Assembly: GCF_009914755.1 (NCBI RefSeq)
Contig: NC_060929.1
Strand: one strand, 5' to 3'
Source: the human T2T-CHM13v2.0 reference genome, Homo sapiens
DNA: 64,000 bases
Position numbers and translations under genes: made by a program. The notes beneath the pieces were generated by a model. It worked only from the letters and a program-made list of their open reading frames with translations. It was not told the origin of the DNA and ran no database searches. Shown here piece by piece: positions 23,251 through 36,307 of this stretch (positions are counted from its first letter, which is position 1; each line of letters begins with the position of its first letter).

Positions 23251-24646
23251 TTAATCTTTATTCATGCAATTATTCTTACAGTTACTGGGTTTGAATGAGT
23301 GACCTGCGTGGCCTTGCTTAAATGACCACATCCTGGCCTGCTGTGTGGAAAGCAAAGGGATGGGGTTATGATTCCATCAGTACCTTTCAGTCTCACCTGC
23401 AGAATCCCTGAGTTTGAAGTATCAGGGATAACTGAGGTACAGGGGAAGGAACTGAGATTTCAGGCTCCACAACTTCAAGCAACTAAAACTCCATCTCTTG
23501 GGTTAAACTATAGGCTGCACTTCTGAGAAAGATTTCACTAGGAATTCTCCATCAAAGCAGACGTGAAAATCATTGATCCTGAAGGTTCCTTAGAGCTGTA
23601 CACTTCTGCCATTGAATTAACTTAATGTTTAAATGTATTGTAATCTTATAAAGAATGGCATCTTCTTATCTATACATCTGAGCAAAACACAGGCAAGCAC
23701 AATATTGCTGCTTTAATGGAGATATATAATTGTCTAGAAGTCATGTATACTGGGCTGTGATTTATATATCAATGCAAGACTTTGACAAGAGCTGTTGCCT
23801 TACTTAGATTAATTTCAGTTAACTGTCAGTATTCAACAATAGTTAAATTCCATTTAGCAGAATTCTAACCTTCAGACTTCATTTTATCAGAATCAATGAG
23901 GTTTTACTTAATGTCTTATTTCAGAAGACCATGCTATTCTTTTAAGAAAAATTTTGAATTTGGCTTTACTAATTTTCTCTATAAATATTTTCAACATAGG
24001 AAAAAGGTTAAGGATATGAAAAAGGTTAATTTACTATTATTGTAGATTTGTAGCTGCGATAATTTAGAATTATGAATTAATACTTAAATATAAATTTTTA
24101 GATACATAACATTAAAGAGATGTCAAATATTACAGTGATTAAAAAATCTTTTTATTAAAAAATGGTAGAATTTGGGTATAAGGAAAATTATTGAAATTTA
24201 AAGGACTGTTAATTCAATATCTATCCCTCAGGAACAAAAGATCTATTTGTGGTCCTTAAGAATATAGTAGTTGTCACAATATCCTGATTAGCAGGTTTCT
24301 AAACCTTCTAGTGAATAATTATTACAATCACTGCTAATAGATTAAGTGAACTTCATGAACATTTTCTCACTCTGATGATAGGGTCAATTTGTTGTTATAT
24401 AATCAAACATGATGGACCTTTTGGTCTCACATGGCCAAAGAGAAGGACAATTTTCATTGGTAACAGACATTTTTTGAAGTTCAGTTTTACCAATCACTTA
24501 CTGCATTCGTCTGTTTACAAAAAAAGAGAGTGATTTCTCATCTATAAATACCTATTATAATATGGCTCAAGTACCAAACGTGTGTGAGTGGTATTTGAAA
24601 GAAAAAAAAATTTGAAATAAAATAAATACAAATAATTTTCAAAGAG

Positions 24647-24663
24647 GTGCTGCCACCTTTTGG
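24647..24663 (-). promoter_or_regulatory. CTCF-like motif CCAAAAGGTGGCAGCAC
   Basis: Matches the CCASYAGRKGGCRS core except at the S and Y positions; motif only. Confidence 0.3.
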
Positions 24664-27489
24664 TTGAACTCCCCTGAAGCATTCGCTCATTTCTGAAAAT
24701 TTGCAATAAAAATGAGAAATGCTTGATGAAAGGACTGTGAAAATATGAGAATAATAAGCAATTCCATTATGTCAGTATTTCTTATTTGGATGGCTCCCAA
24801 TACTTCTGATAGGTTTCAGAAAAGAATAATTGATATGAAGTGGTTTTTCCAAATGTTAGTATGGCAGTAGAAAGATCCACTTCAGAAATGGAGAAATGTT
24901 CCATGCTTTATTGAGGTCAGCCATATTAATGCTATGCCTCTGATACCAATTGAGTCAATAAAAAAGTAATTTTTATTGTATTGAACAAAAGACCACGAAA
25001 GATCACTTATACTTTCTGTTCTCAGTATTCCATTCAGACTCAAATCTTTCATTTCATCATTAATTATTTCTCATATCTGTGAATATCCTTTCACCAATGC
25101 CATTCTCTAGATATAGGAGGGGTCAACTTTCTCCTCACTGCTTGACTTATAAGTTCTTTAAAATTGCTTTCCTTCCTAAGGAATCAATTTGCCTTAGTGT
25201 TTAAAGAGCAGAAGCCCCTTACGAAATCATTTTGCCACAGTGTGGCTACTTTAGTTGTCATCTGATAAATAATTACACTAAGAGTGTGCTTCATGATTTT
25301 TAACAACTGTATTTAACTGACTCTGACTTGAAATTGGAAGTCTTTTTTCAGTCAAATGGTCATCTTTATTAATTATCGAAATATGTGGAATGAATAGAAA
25401 GATTAGTAATCATTTACTAAATGCCAAATACTTCACTTTAAAACCTCATCTTGAGGAATATTTAGTAGCATTGCTGATATTTACAGTATTTCTTCTATCC
25501 CCTTTAAAATATTTATTCAAATTAATAACCTAAAAACCAAAAACTTGCAGTTTCCAAAATGCACCTGTAGCCTAAAAGAATCAAAGCTAACTATGTGAGC
25601 CACAGGCTAATTCTAAAGGACTCAAGTCAACTGAGATTTAATCCAGTTTTTGTACTGGCGTCAACCTTGAACTGCCCTTGAGTCCAGATACAAGCTGAGA
25701 CCATCACTTCCCCTTGAGATCTGCATATGGGGACTTTGGACTCTTGGCTTATTCTGGGCATCTTCACATTCCAGGAGGCAGTGCAGGGCTTCCATCAACG
25801 ACTCTTCTTTCTCTTGAACTTCTGCATTCCCACCACTCCCTCTCTCCTGCCTCTGGCAGAACAAGGCTTGAAGTTCAGCTCTTAAGTGACTTTTGCAACA
25901 GAAAATCACCGAAGTTCTGACTCCAGCAGCTCTTGCTGACATCTGAGGAGGGTGAGGACACCTAGGCCCAATTTCCCAGCTCCTCTCTGCTCCCACTCCC
26001 CCCAGTGACTTCTTCACAACCCCTCAACCCAGTGGCCCGAAAGATGCTTCTCCCACAAGAGGACCTGTGTATCTGGCAGTACCTCAAGTCGTTGCTATGA
26101 TGTTGTTATAATTCTTCTCCTTTCCTCACCCCATGCTGTCTCAGGTCTTTTCCATATTTTCTCACTTGATATCCTTTAACATGCTTATTCTGAATCGGGC
26201 TACACTAAATACAAGTGAACACAATCCCCCCATTACCTTCCCTTTTGTCTCTCCTTACCTGGATAAAATAGCACCATGAATACTCTGCCAAGGGTATTTC
26301 TAAAGTGCATTCATCTATTGCTGTTGTAAGGCATGAACAAACAGTAGAACCCATTGAAAGCCTGTGTCTTGACCTCAGAACACTCAGGAATGAGTGGTTT
26401 CAGGTGCACCAGGCCAGGGCTGGAACCTCACTGCCTGTCAGCACATGCTGTGCAGCTCTGCTACCATTCAGAACTGTCACACTGAGAACATGTTTGGCTT
26501 CCATCCTAAAGATCATTTAGGTCATCAATGTTTTATTGTAAGATTTCTTCACAGGACTAGTCCAATTAGAGCTGCTCTTTATGCACATGACGCAGAAAAT
26601 AGGGGTGTCCAGGGCAGCAGCACTGGTTATATTGCATTCCATCAGAAAATGCACTTGGGGCTGTGGAGTCCCCCTCCACCCTAAGGTAGGAGTGTGTATG
26701 AAATATTACACATGTACATGGTGAAGTTGGGAAGGTTCTACATAATCAGGGAGGCAAAGAATCCCTCATTACTGTCAGTAAAAGGAATTTGCCACAAATT
26801 TGGCAAATTTTGCATCTACTTGCATCTATTGATGCATTATATTCCTAAAGCCCTACACTCAGTCAGTTGTTTTGAATTCCAAATTCATTTTCCCATAGAA
26901 ACAGTGGTATATGTTAGTTCCAAGTTCTGCTTATAAGGTTCTTCAACATCAAAGAACACTATTTGGATTACACTAGCCATAAAGCAGGACTGGTGACATG
27001 GTGTGAGAGTGGGACTGGGCCCCACACCTGGGAGAAGAAAGAGAGCCAGCCCCTCCTGAGTTCCTGAGTTTTGACTGCCTGATATCGGCATATTACTGGG
27101 CTAGGTATTGTGCATCCATTATCTCCTCAAAAATTTGGTCATAGTTAGGGAGTACAGGGTTAGTAAACAGAAGCTCAGAAAAGCCAGGTCCCTTGATGAA
27201 GGAAGAATGAAGGTCTGACCAACCACTAGAGCTGGGGCTCAGACTCATGTGGTCTGTCTGTGTGTCTCTAAAGTGAGAAATTCATTCCATTTGAACAGAG
27301 GAAGTTCTTCCTCCAGGGTTCTAATCATATTGATTCACTCATGTGACTACTTTTTTTTTTTAATACCATACCAGGTATTTCCAATATCAATGGAAACAAA
27401 GATGTCACTTCTGAGTCAATAATATTTGAGGTCTAATGTGAAAGGTGGATGTAATCTACCCACATAAAGAACGATGCAAATAGAAATTA

Positions 27490-27770
27490 TGATGGGTGCT
27501 GCAGGAAGGAGTAGGGAGCTGTGAGCACAGAGGGGGCTATGTTAGATTAGGTGGTCATGAAGACCACTTTGAGAGTGGCACTTCAGCTAAGACAGGAATG
27601 ATATGTTGACATCCATGAGGCAAAGAATGATGTGCGGGGGGGGGGGGGCAATATGTGCAAAGGCCCTGAGGCACAAAAGAACATGAGGCCTTTTAAAGTA
27701 CTGAAATATCTGCTGGGGATACTATAAGGGAGTGGAGAGAGGAGAATTAATAGACACAGGCAAAGGTGAA
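27490..27770 (-). mobile_element. L2 fragment containing a G13 run (27636-27648)
   Basis: ATATGTGCAAAGGCCCTGAGGCA and AGGTGGTCATGAAGACCACTTTGAGAG are antisense L2 hallmarks. Confidence 0.65.
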
Positions 27771-27904
27771 ATAAGAGGCTTATTTTCTAGACATTGACTT
27801 GTGTGTGTGAATCATCCACGAATCTAGTGTGTATAAGTCAGAAATTACTCATAAATTGGGCAAGAAAAATTAAGAAGATAATTATATGATGTAGGGAAAT
27901 GGTT

Positions 27905-28317
27905 TTGTGATGAACTGTACTATCATTTAGCAAATCTGTACTCCTCCCCACCCCACTGCCATGGAATAGGCTTTGTGTCCCACTGACTATGGACTTTGCC
28001 AGGTAATGTGATTCAGCCAATGGGATGTGAGAGGATGTGACATGAGGCATCAGATTTTCTAGCCAGGCAGCACATGCTCCTTTACCCTGGGCCCAGAACA
28101 ACTGCACATCAAAGGGGCCTGAACCCTGTCTGCAAAGTAGAGTCAAACCCAGTGAATGAAGTGCCTGAAATCAGGACTCCCCAGCCAAGAACTGGCAAAT
28201 TGGAGGTCAGGCACAATGTGCATGATTGTGAGTGTGCAAATAAGTGCCTGGCATTCAAGGCCCCTGAGTTTTGGGGTGGTTTGTTGCCCAATTTTACTGC
28301 CACAATAACAGACTAAA
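27905..28317 (+). mobile_element. MaLR solo LTR (MLT1G/H-like)
   Basis: TGTGATG start; GCCAATGGGATGTGAGAGGATGTGAC; 3' AAATAAGTGC...AAGGCCCCTGAGTTTTGGGGTGGTTTGTT...CAATAACAGACTAA. Confidence 0.8.
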
Positions 28318-29549
28318 GAAAAATTTTAACATTAAAACTAGCCATCACTCTCCCCCACCCCCTCAAACACACATACACATATGCATTTGCAAACAAGCAC
28401 ACACACATATCAACTCTGCCCAGCTCATCACCAAGTTCGACAAAACAACAGGAAAATGATGATTAGGAGTCAGTGCAGCATGGGAACCTTGATCATGAAC
28501 TCTAACACTACTAAAAGATGGCTTGTTAGGCCATGACCTTTTAATTGAATGAAAACCAGGCTGCTAATACCAATGACACCACTCTAGACTTCCTCATAAA
28601 ACAATTATTCAGAATATTTTCAATGTTCTGCAAAATTATTTCACTTACAACAATGTAGGGTACAAGCAAAACATGATGGCAAAAAAGACCTTCATTAACT
28701 AGCTGCCATATCCATGAGCTCAGTTTTCAGCTTATGGATGCTCCCATCTTTTCTAGCAGCTTCCCTTCCATACAGCCAATAAAATGCTGGCAGTTAAAGC
28801 TGCTGCTTTGGCCCTTCGCGTATAGCTAGATAATTTTTATATTGCAAAAATGCTTCCCAATTCTTAAGGGTTTTTTTCCTTTACTTAAAACAAATTTTTT
28901 AAAGCATATCTTTTAACAGTGAGGTTTTCTACATAGACTCTGGGACGACAATGAAGGTCATCTAAGAGAAAGAAAATTGCATTGATATATTCGGTCACTG
29001 TATAAGTGGCTCAAGCAGTCTAAGATCTGGATGTGTGTTTTTTTTTAAATGTATTTGATGGCTTTTGAACATTCTCATCTCCTAAGAATTTGAACACATT
29101 AAAATGCAGACTTCATGAGATCTGGAATCCTTTCTTCTGTGCAGGGTGTTTTAAAAATAGGACAATTAAATTTCTTGTTCTTAGATACATAGGTTTATAG
29201 AATTTTCCAGCTAAAGAGGCTTCAGAACTCCTGTATTCTACTATATCTCAAGTTTTGAGGGAATAAACACCTTTGAAAATCTAGTAAAGCCTATGAACTA
29301 CCTGGCCAGAAAAAATTTCAAGTTAAAATATGGTATATATTTACAGGGAGCAAAGCCTCCTGAAACCTATCTATGGATACCAGTTCACGATCCTCTGAAA
29401 AATAGCTCTGATCTTGTCCACATTCTAGATGAGGATCACTTTTCCTGCCCTGTCCATCTAATTCTGCATTGCCCTACAGGCTTAGTGGCAGCCAAAATCC
29501 TGACAAGAGGCCAGACAATGGCAGGATTACCATTTGCCAACTTGTTTCT

Positions 29550-30100
29550 GGTTTATTTGAAGCATTTCATAAACATAGAGAGATTACTGAACTTTGGTAT
29601 ATCCATTACCAAGCTCCAATATTTGTTAACATTGTGGCCACCTTGTTTCAACTATCCTTCGTTTTTGGCTGAAGTATTTTTAAAAAATCCAAGGCATCCT
29701 GCCATTTCATTCATGAACCCTGCAGTGTGCATCCCCAAACAATAAGAATATGCCATTATCCTGATTAATAGCAATTCTCATGCCAATTATCAGAAAACCC
29801 TATCACCTGATTTCAAATTCATATAAAAATTTCTCTTGTCTCAAAGTTTTTTTTACAGTTGGTTTGTTTAAGTCGGAATCCAAAAAATCTGTACATTTAA
29901 TTTTTAAATTTATCTTAAGGCTCTTTTACTTAATAGTACCTTCCTAAATTCTCTTTTTATTGATTTGTGATAAAAAGAAGTATTTTTTTTTCTTGAAGAA
30001 TCTCCCACATTCTGGGTTTGCCAATTACTTCCCTGTACTTTCATTTAGTTTGTTACTTCATCCCATGCATGCCCTAAAATTTGGCAGGTAGAGATAAGTG
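29550..30100 (-). mobile_element. Old L1MC5/L1ME-type 3' fragment
   Basis: TTGAAGCATTTCATAAACATAG...TTTTACAGTTGGTTTGTTTAAGTCGGAATCCAAA...GAAGAATCTCCCACATTCTGGGTTTG. Confidence 0.65.
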
Positions 30101-31686
30101 ATCTTTATTTTTTGCTCAATCCTATTTAATATAAAAAGGGAGTGAGGGCCTGTAAGAATCCCCTTATGAAGAGTACGATCAATGAAGGGCATGTTTTTAT
30201 GTTTCAATCTGAATTTCCCTCATCTCTGCTGTAAGATGCTGTTTCACTAATTCTCTGAAAAGAAACAGACCTTTCCTGTATAGACACCCTCTATGCCTGC
30301 ATATTATCGTATTCTGAAGAGTAGGTAGGCCGTAATAAAGCATATTCCAAATCTTGCCCTGAGACAATATGCATGGGAGTGTCTGGCACAATCCCTAACA
30401 CATGGCAAGCTCTTAAATGTTAGCTGAAGCTTAAAATAAAGCTCATTTCTCACTCAAAATAACTAAACATCAGTTATTAAAATAAATAATCCCTTTCAGA
30501 ATTGAGGTAAAGAAAATTCTTTACAACCCATCATAATATAAATCAAAATGTTCTCTGTATTGAAATGGAATAAGAATACCTCTTCCTGTTCACTGTCATG
30601 GATGATGTTGACTTCTAGCCAATTTTGTGCTTATCTGATATCCAAAGACTGATAATAAAAACAAACTAACAACAGCACCAAAAATACCTAATCAAAAGGC
30701 AGCAGACCCAGAATACAACTTAGGAAGGCAAAATCAGTATCTTAGCAGGGTTGCATATTATTGTTGCTGAAAAATGAATATTCCAGGTAATCATCACCAT
30801 GCTGTCATTCCACACATTGACCAGTTTATTACTCCAATAGCTACATATTCTAAAATACACATACTGAACACCACGCTGTGAAGTATGCATGCTAAATGTA
30901 TCTCAGAGTAGATTATGATTTTATGTGAAGAACATAAATAGAATTGATTTTTTTGTATTCTCTCAGAATCAAAATCTGCTGCTCAGAAAATATCTAAGGA
31001 TTATTATTACTATATAGACAAAACCTAATGGACCCTGATGTAAAGATTGCATTAGCCAGAACATTAGCATGTCAGCTATAAATACCTCTTAATTTGTAAT
31101 TAATCAAAAACTGCTTTATAGTATCTCTTTTATTGAATTTTCTTGTTGTTTAACTTTTTGTGCATCTCAAGCATATTTTAACACTCCTTGAAAAGAGACT
31201 ACTCTAGTGGAGTTACTTAAAGAGGACAGGGTTTATCTAATTGTTCATTCTCTTATTAGATAGCCTGTAAAAACAATATGGTTACAAACACAGCTAATGC
31301 TAGAAAAATAAATAAAAAGGCACAGTTGTTGTCCTCAACAGACTTACTTCTTTGAATCTCTCTTCCACCCATTCCTGGGAGCCAAGGGGGAAGCCCCAGA
31401 GTTTCACATGCTCCAAGAACAAGACAGGAGCCTTCAGGATTATCTCTCTCCAGATATGATCCCTACTCCTGCGAGAATGAGAATGACATTCCAGAACTGT
31501 GTACTCCTGGCAAGAGTTCCCACACTTTACAAATGGGAAGTGACTACTGGGTCTCTCACCTGACCAGTGACCACCCAAGCTCAACAAAAGCAGAAGTCAC
31601 TGAAACCCTGCATCTCAACACTGAGAGGTCCTTATAACATAAATGGAAAGTCAGTGTTAGTGCAATCCAATTCAACAAATACTTAT

Positions 31687-32363
<677 letters not shown>

Positions 32364-34357
32364 TTTATTATGCAACCACTATGTGCTGTGCATTTTTCTA
32401 GGTACTGACTGTATAGCGGATGTACAAACTGTTACCTTTCTTCATGGAAATTCAATTCAAGGAGTGTAGTGTGGAAAACAGAATCCTACATAATCCTTAC
32501 GATTTGTACCTGCTGATGGTTGCTTTGAGTTGGGAGATAAAAGACTGGTCAAGGAATTTAATATCAGCACATGGTTGAGACCATTCATGTCTGTGAATTA
32601 CTTATAAATAAAAAATATGATACTTAAATAAATTATTAATATATGTGTATACAATGAGACTCTTGGAAGACATCTTCCACAGCAGCCCTCACCACCACCA
32701 TCTATCTTGAGCTCTTTGAAAATAACTTCCTGTGATTTTTATCCCTGTTCATAACAATCACCACAAAGAATCCGGGAACATTTGGTACCCCAGACTATCA
32801 TCCTCATAGGGTTTTGCACATCCCCTTGTCTAAGATTTTCCACCCTCACCAACTCCTGAAACCCTTCCCCTGTGACTTCTTGGAAAGATGAAGAAGGAAG
32901 CTGTCAACACCAAAAGAATTTATTAAAGAAAACACTATGAAAGAAGGGACCTAGAAATACATGCAAAAATTAAGGCCAAGTATACTTCACACTATGAGAA
33001 TACAATTAATGGAAATGTAAGTACATGTACAAGGATATGATTTGTATTCAACATCAAATAGGAGTTCTAATGAAAGCTTTCATAATATCCACAGTCAGCA
33101 TATACAAATTAAATTGATGTGTGGATTATTATATTCACATTAGAAACTATCAATGAATGAAACTGTATGTAGCAACAGAAATAAGGCTAAACATTGCAGG
33201 GATGGAGTCTTGATTTCATAGGGGTCAGCTCGCATCTGCCCTTTCCACATCTTCAGATTGCATCTATCCCCTTCGCAGTCACATGAAGACAGCCTGCAAA
33301 TGCACTCGCCATGCAGGGGAGACACAGCTTATTAAAGCTCCTTCACTATTAAGTGTCTGAACAAAGTAAGGGTATATTGTTACGCTTAGTGAGGGCTGAA
33401 AGTCCTAGTTTCTTTTCATATACTGCTCGGACAAAAACAAACTATGACTCTAAACTCTTACTTCTTCTAGGCTATTATATTTAGCTTGGGAATCTTGTTC
33501 TCAATTGAAAGATCAATGGCCTATGTGACCCTCAAATGTCTCCGTTGACCAAGGTTTTCTTATTATTTAAACTTCTGCTTTCAGCTTTTATTTTGAATGA
33601 ATTTCGTGAGCTGCCAATTATGTGATAATAAGCTTTAATCAATTAATCAATCAATGCATCTTCATAAGGAGGTATCTTATGATATTGTTTGTATCTAAAA
33701 GCAGCGGGGTTGTGTAGGTTTATTACCACTGCCTAAGGACAGCTTTAGTCATGACGGTGCAAACATACCACACATTCACTCAAACTCCAGAGTGATTTAA
33801 AGAGCACCATGAATTTTGCCATTGGATTGAGCATTATAATCTTTTCTTTCTGTAAACTGGTTTGTTCATACTTCTATACATTACGATGTCTTGTACATAC
33901 CTTGTGATGGTTACTTATGGAACAAAACAAGGATGTTATAAAGAAGAAGATGTAGCAGAAAACATCTAAACCTAAGTATGTTTTCCTATGCCTCCTTTCC
34001 TATCTCTGATCTTGGGAGAATGAGCCATTCAGAATGAAGGACAACACATAAATCATTTACAAAGAAAAAAACTGCATGAAATATATTAAATCAGCATTTC
34101 CATTTAAGTGGCTTTACTGCTACCTCATTCTGAAAGATAATTATCAACGTACAAAACATAGAGAGTGCTAAAGAATCATTATATTTATCACCGACATTCT
34201 CTGGAAGCTAGACTGAATTTGGCCATTATTTGTAGCTTTTACATGTGAATAAGATAACCATGAAGAGTGCAGACAGGGAACCTGATGCTCCTCTCCTAAC
34301 CCCACCCTCTCCAGGGGACCAAATCTACTCCTTGGATAAAGGCATGGTCAGGTCTAA

Positions 34358-34408
34358 TGCTGTTGCTGCTGCTGCTGCCGCTGCTGCTGATGATGATGAC
34401 GACGATGA
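34358..34408. repeat. Compound trinucleotide repeat (TGC)n-(TGA/CGA)n, 17 triplets
   Basis: TGC TGT (TGC)5 CGC (TGC)2 (TGA)4 (CGA)2 TGA, read directly. Confidence 0.92.
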
Positions 34409-35899
34409 CTCAGCGTAATGTTAGAAATCATTATTAATCATAAAAGCAAGATAATTCCAGTAACTAAAATCTTGTGTTTTTTAAGAGTTAAGAGCCCAGT
34501 CTTTAAAAAAATTGTATATGTATATAAAATTTCATCATGTCCCTGCACCAGCTAGGACCTGCTTCAGTTGAGAATCCTCCTATGGTAACAAAGAGGCATG
34601 GCTGGCTTCCAGTTGATTTCCCCGCCTGACAATTCTTTCCCTTCACACCCTGAGCTGGCATCCACGAGGGCTTCCCACTCCTTCGGGGCCAAGATGGTTG
34701 GGGCCAGGCCAGCGATTGGGCATGGAAAAGTCTTCCTGGAGGAACGGTGTCACGGCCCAGCCTTGGTGCTCTCCAATGTGGATGGCTGTGGGGAGCTGAT
34801 GCTTGCCTTTTTCAGATACATTTCATGGGTTTCCTTGAGAGGCTCCACAGGGACCATCTGACAGCCACTGCCTGAGCCTGGGACTAGGGCAACACCTCTC
34901 TGTTATTCCTTCCCCACATTCTACTACCGAGTGCAGCTTTAGAGTGTGACAGTGACCCTGTAGCCTTCCTTGCTGAAGATTCCTGCTATTGGCAGGCCTC
35001 TTGAGCAGGTTCCTTTTCCTGAGAACCTGGTAAGCCTCCCATCCACAGAGACCCCACATGGCCTCCTTTTGTCCTGGAGTCTGAAGAGCCATTCTCTCCC
35101 CTGGGGCCCTCTGCTGCACATCCACATCAGCTAATCTCCTGCCTGGAGGCTGCTGCGGGCATGAGTCATAGCATGAACTGGTGAAATATTTCTGTTAAAA
35201 GAGTTGGTGCTTTTATAAAAACTAGGTCGAATGTTTTGGAAAGGCACTATCAAAAACTGTTAACATTTAAGAAAAAATACGACAAATGATAAGAGGAATC
35301 ATTAAAAAAAAAAAAGTCGAGAAAGTCTCTGTATGCAAATTGCTTCACAAGTTAACTCCAAGATACCCTGCTCTTTAAAGACGCCAAAACTAGAAATGGC
35401 TGAGGCCATATCATGGGTGGAGTTTGCCTAGGAGAGAAGGTGAGAAAATCCAGTCAGCAGGGCCACATGCTTAGAAAAGGCACGGGCTCCTCAGCAAAAT
35501 GCTGGTAAATAAATCAACACTCACAGGGTTTATGTTGAAATAAACTGCTTAATGTTTGCAAGTAACACATTTATAATTTTGTCTGAAACAAGTTTTCCAG
35601 CTGATTGACAATCTACCCACCATTCCTCACTCTATAAGAACAAGCGCTTCTGTTTTGTCATGTTGTCTCCTACTGTCAGGTTGTAGAGCCAGAAAACAAA
35701 AAGGAAAACCAAAAATCCTAAGGCAGAAAACAAAAAAACAGCCCCCTCCTTCATTTGGCTTCTCCCATCTGCCCATATCTTTTTTCATTCGCACCCCAAG
35801 TTCTAAATATCTTAGTTTACTTATATCTCCATGCTTGTATTTCAAAATCCCTCAAAATGTCACTAGAGGCCAGTTTCCATGAAGCTAATGAATTATCCC

Positions 35900-36226
35900 C
35901 CAAATTACACAACTCAGCAGCTCCTCACGATCCTCTGTGACTGACTTATTTTCTGGAGTAATGACGCAGGCCCCCGTCATTTTTCTATGGTTCCTGTGCC
36001 AGCTGCGTTGGGTTTTCCTCTCTTCGATGGCATCCATTCATTGCTCAACCACAAGATCCTTCCCTGCAGCCTCTTCTCTTCCTCTTGCTCATAACACCAT
36101 GATTAAATGTGAGTTGAAACTCACATTTCTAGGGTGGTACCCATGGTGTCTGTGTGCATGGTGTCACAGCTCGGGACACTGCACTTGGCCACTGATGGAG
36201 GCTCAGGAAAGGTTTGTAGGATAAAT
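35900..36226 (+). mobile_element. L2 3' fragment
   Basis: Ends GGCCACTGATGGAGGCTCAGGAAAGGTTTGTAGGATAAAT, like the L2 terminus; diverged. Confidence 0.5.
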
Positions 36227-36307
36227 TGCTAACTTCCCAACCTACACTGTTAGCCTTGACTCCTCCCCAAGCTCCAGACCTACATATTAGGGGGCTATCA
36301 TAGGAGA

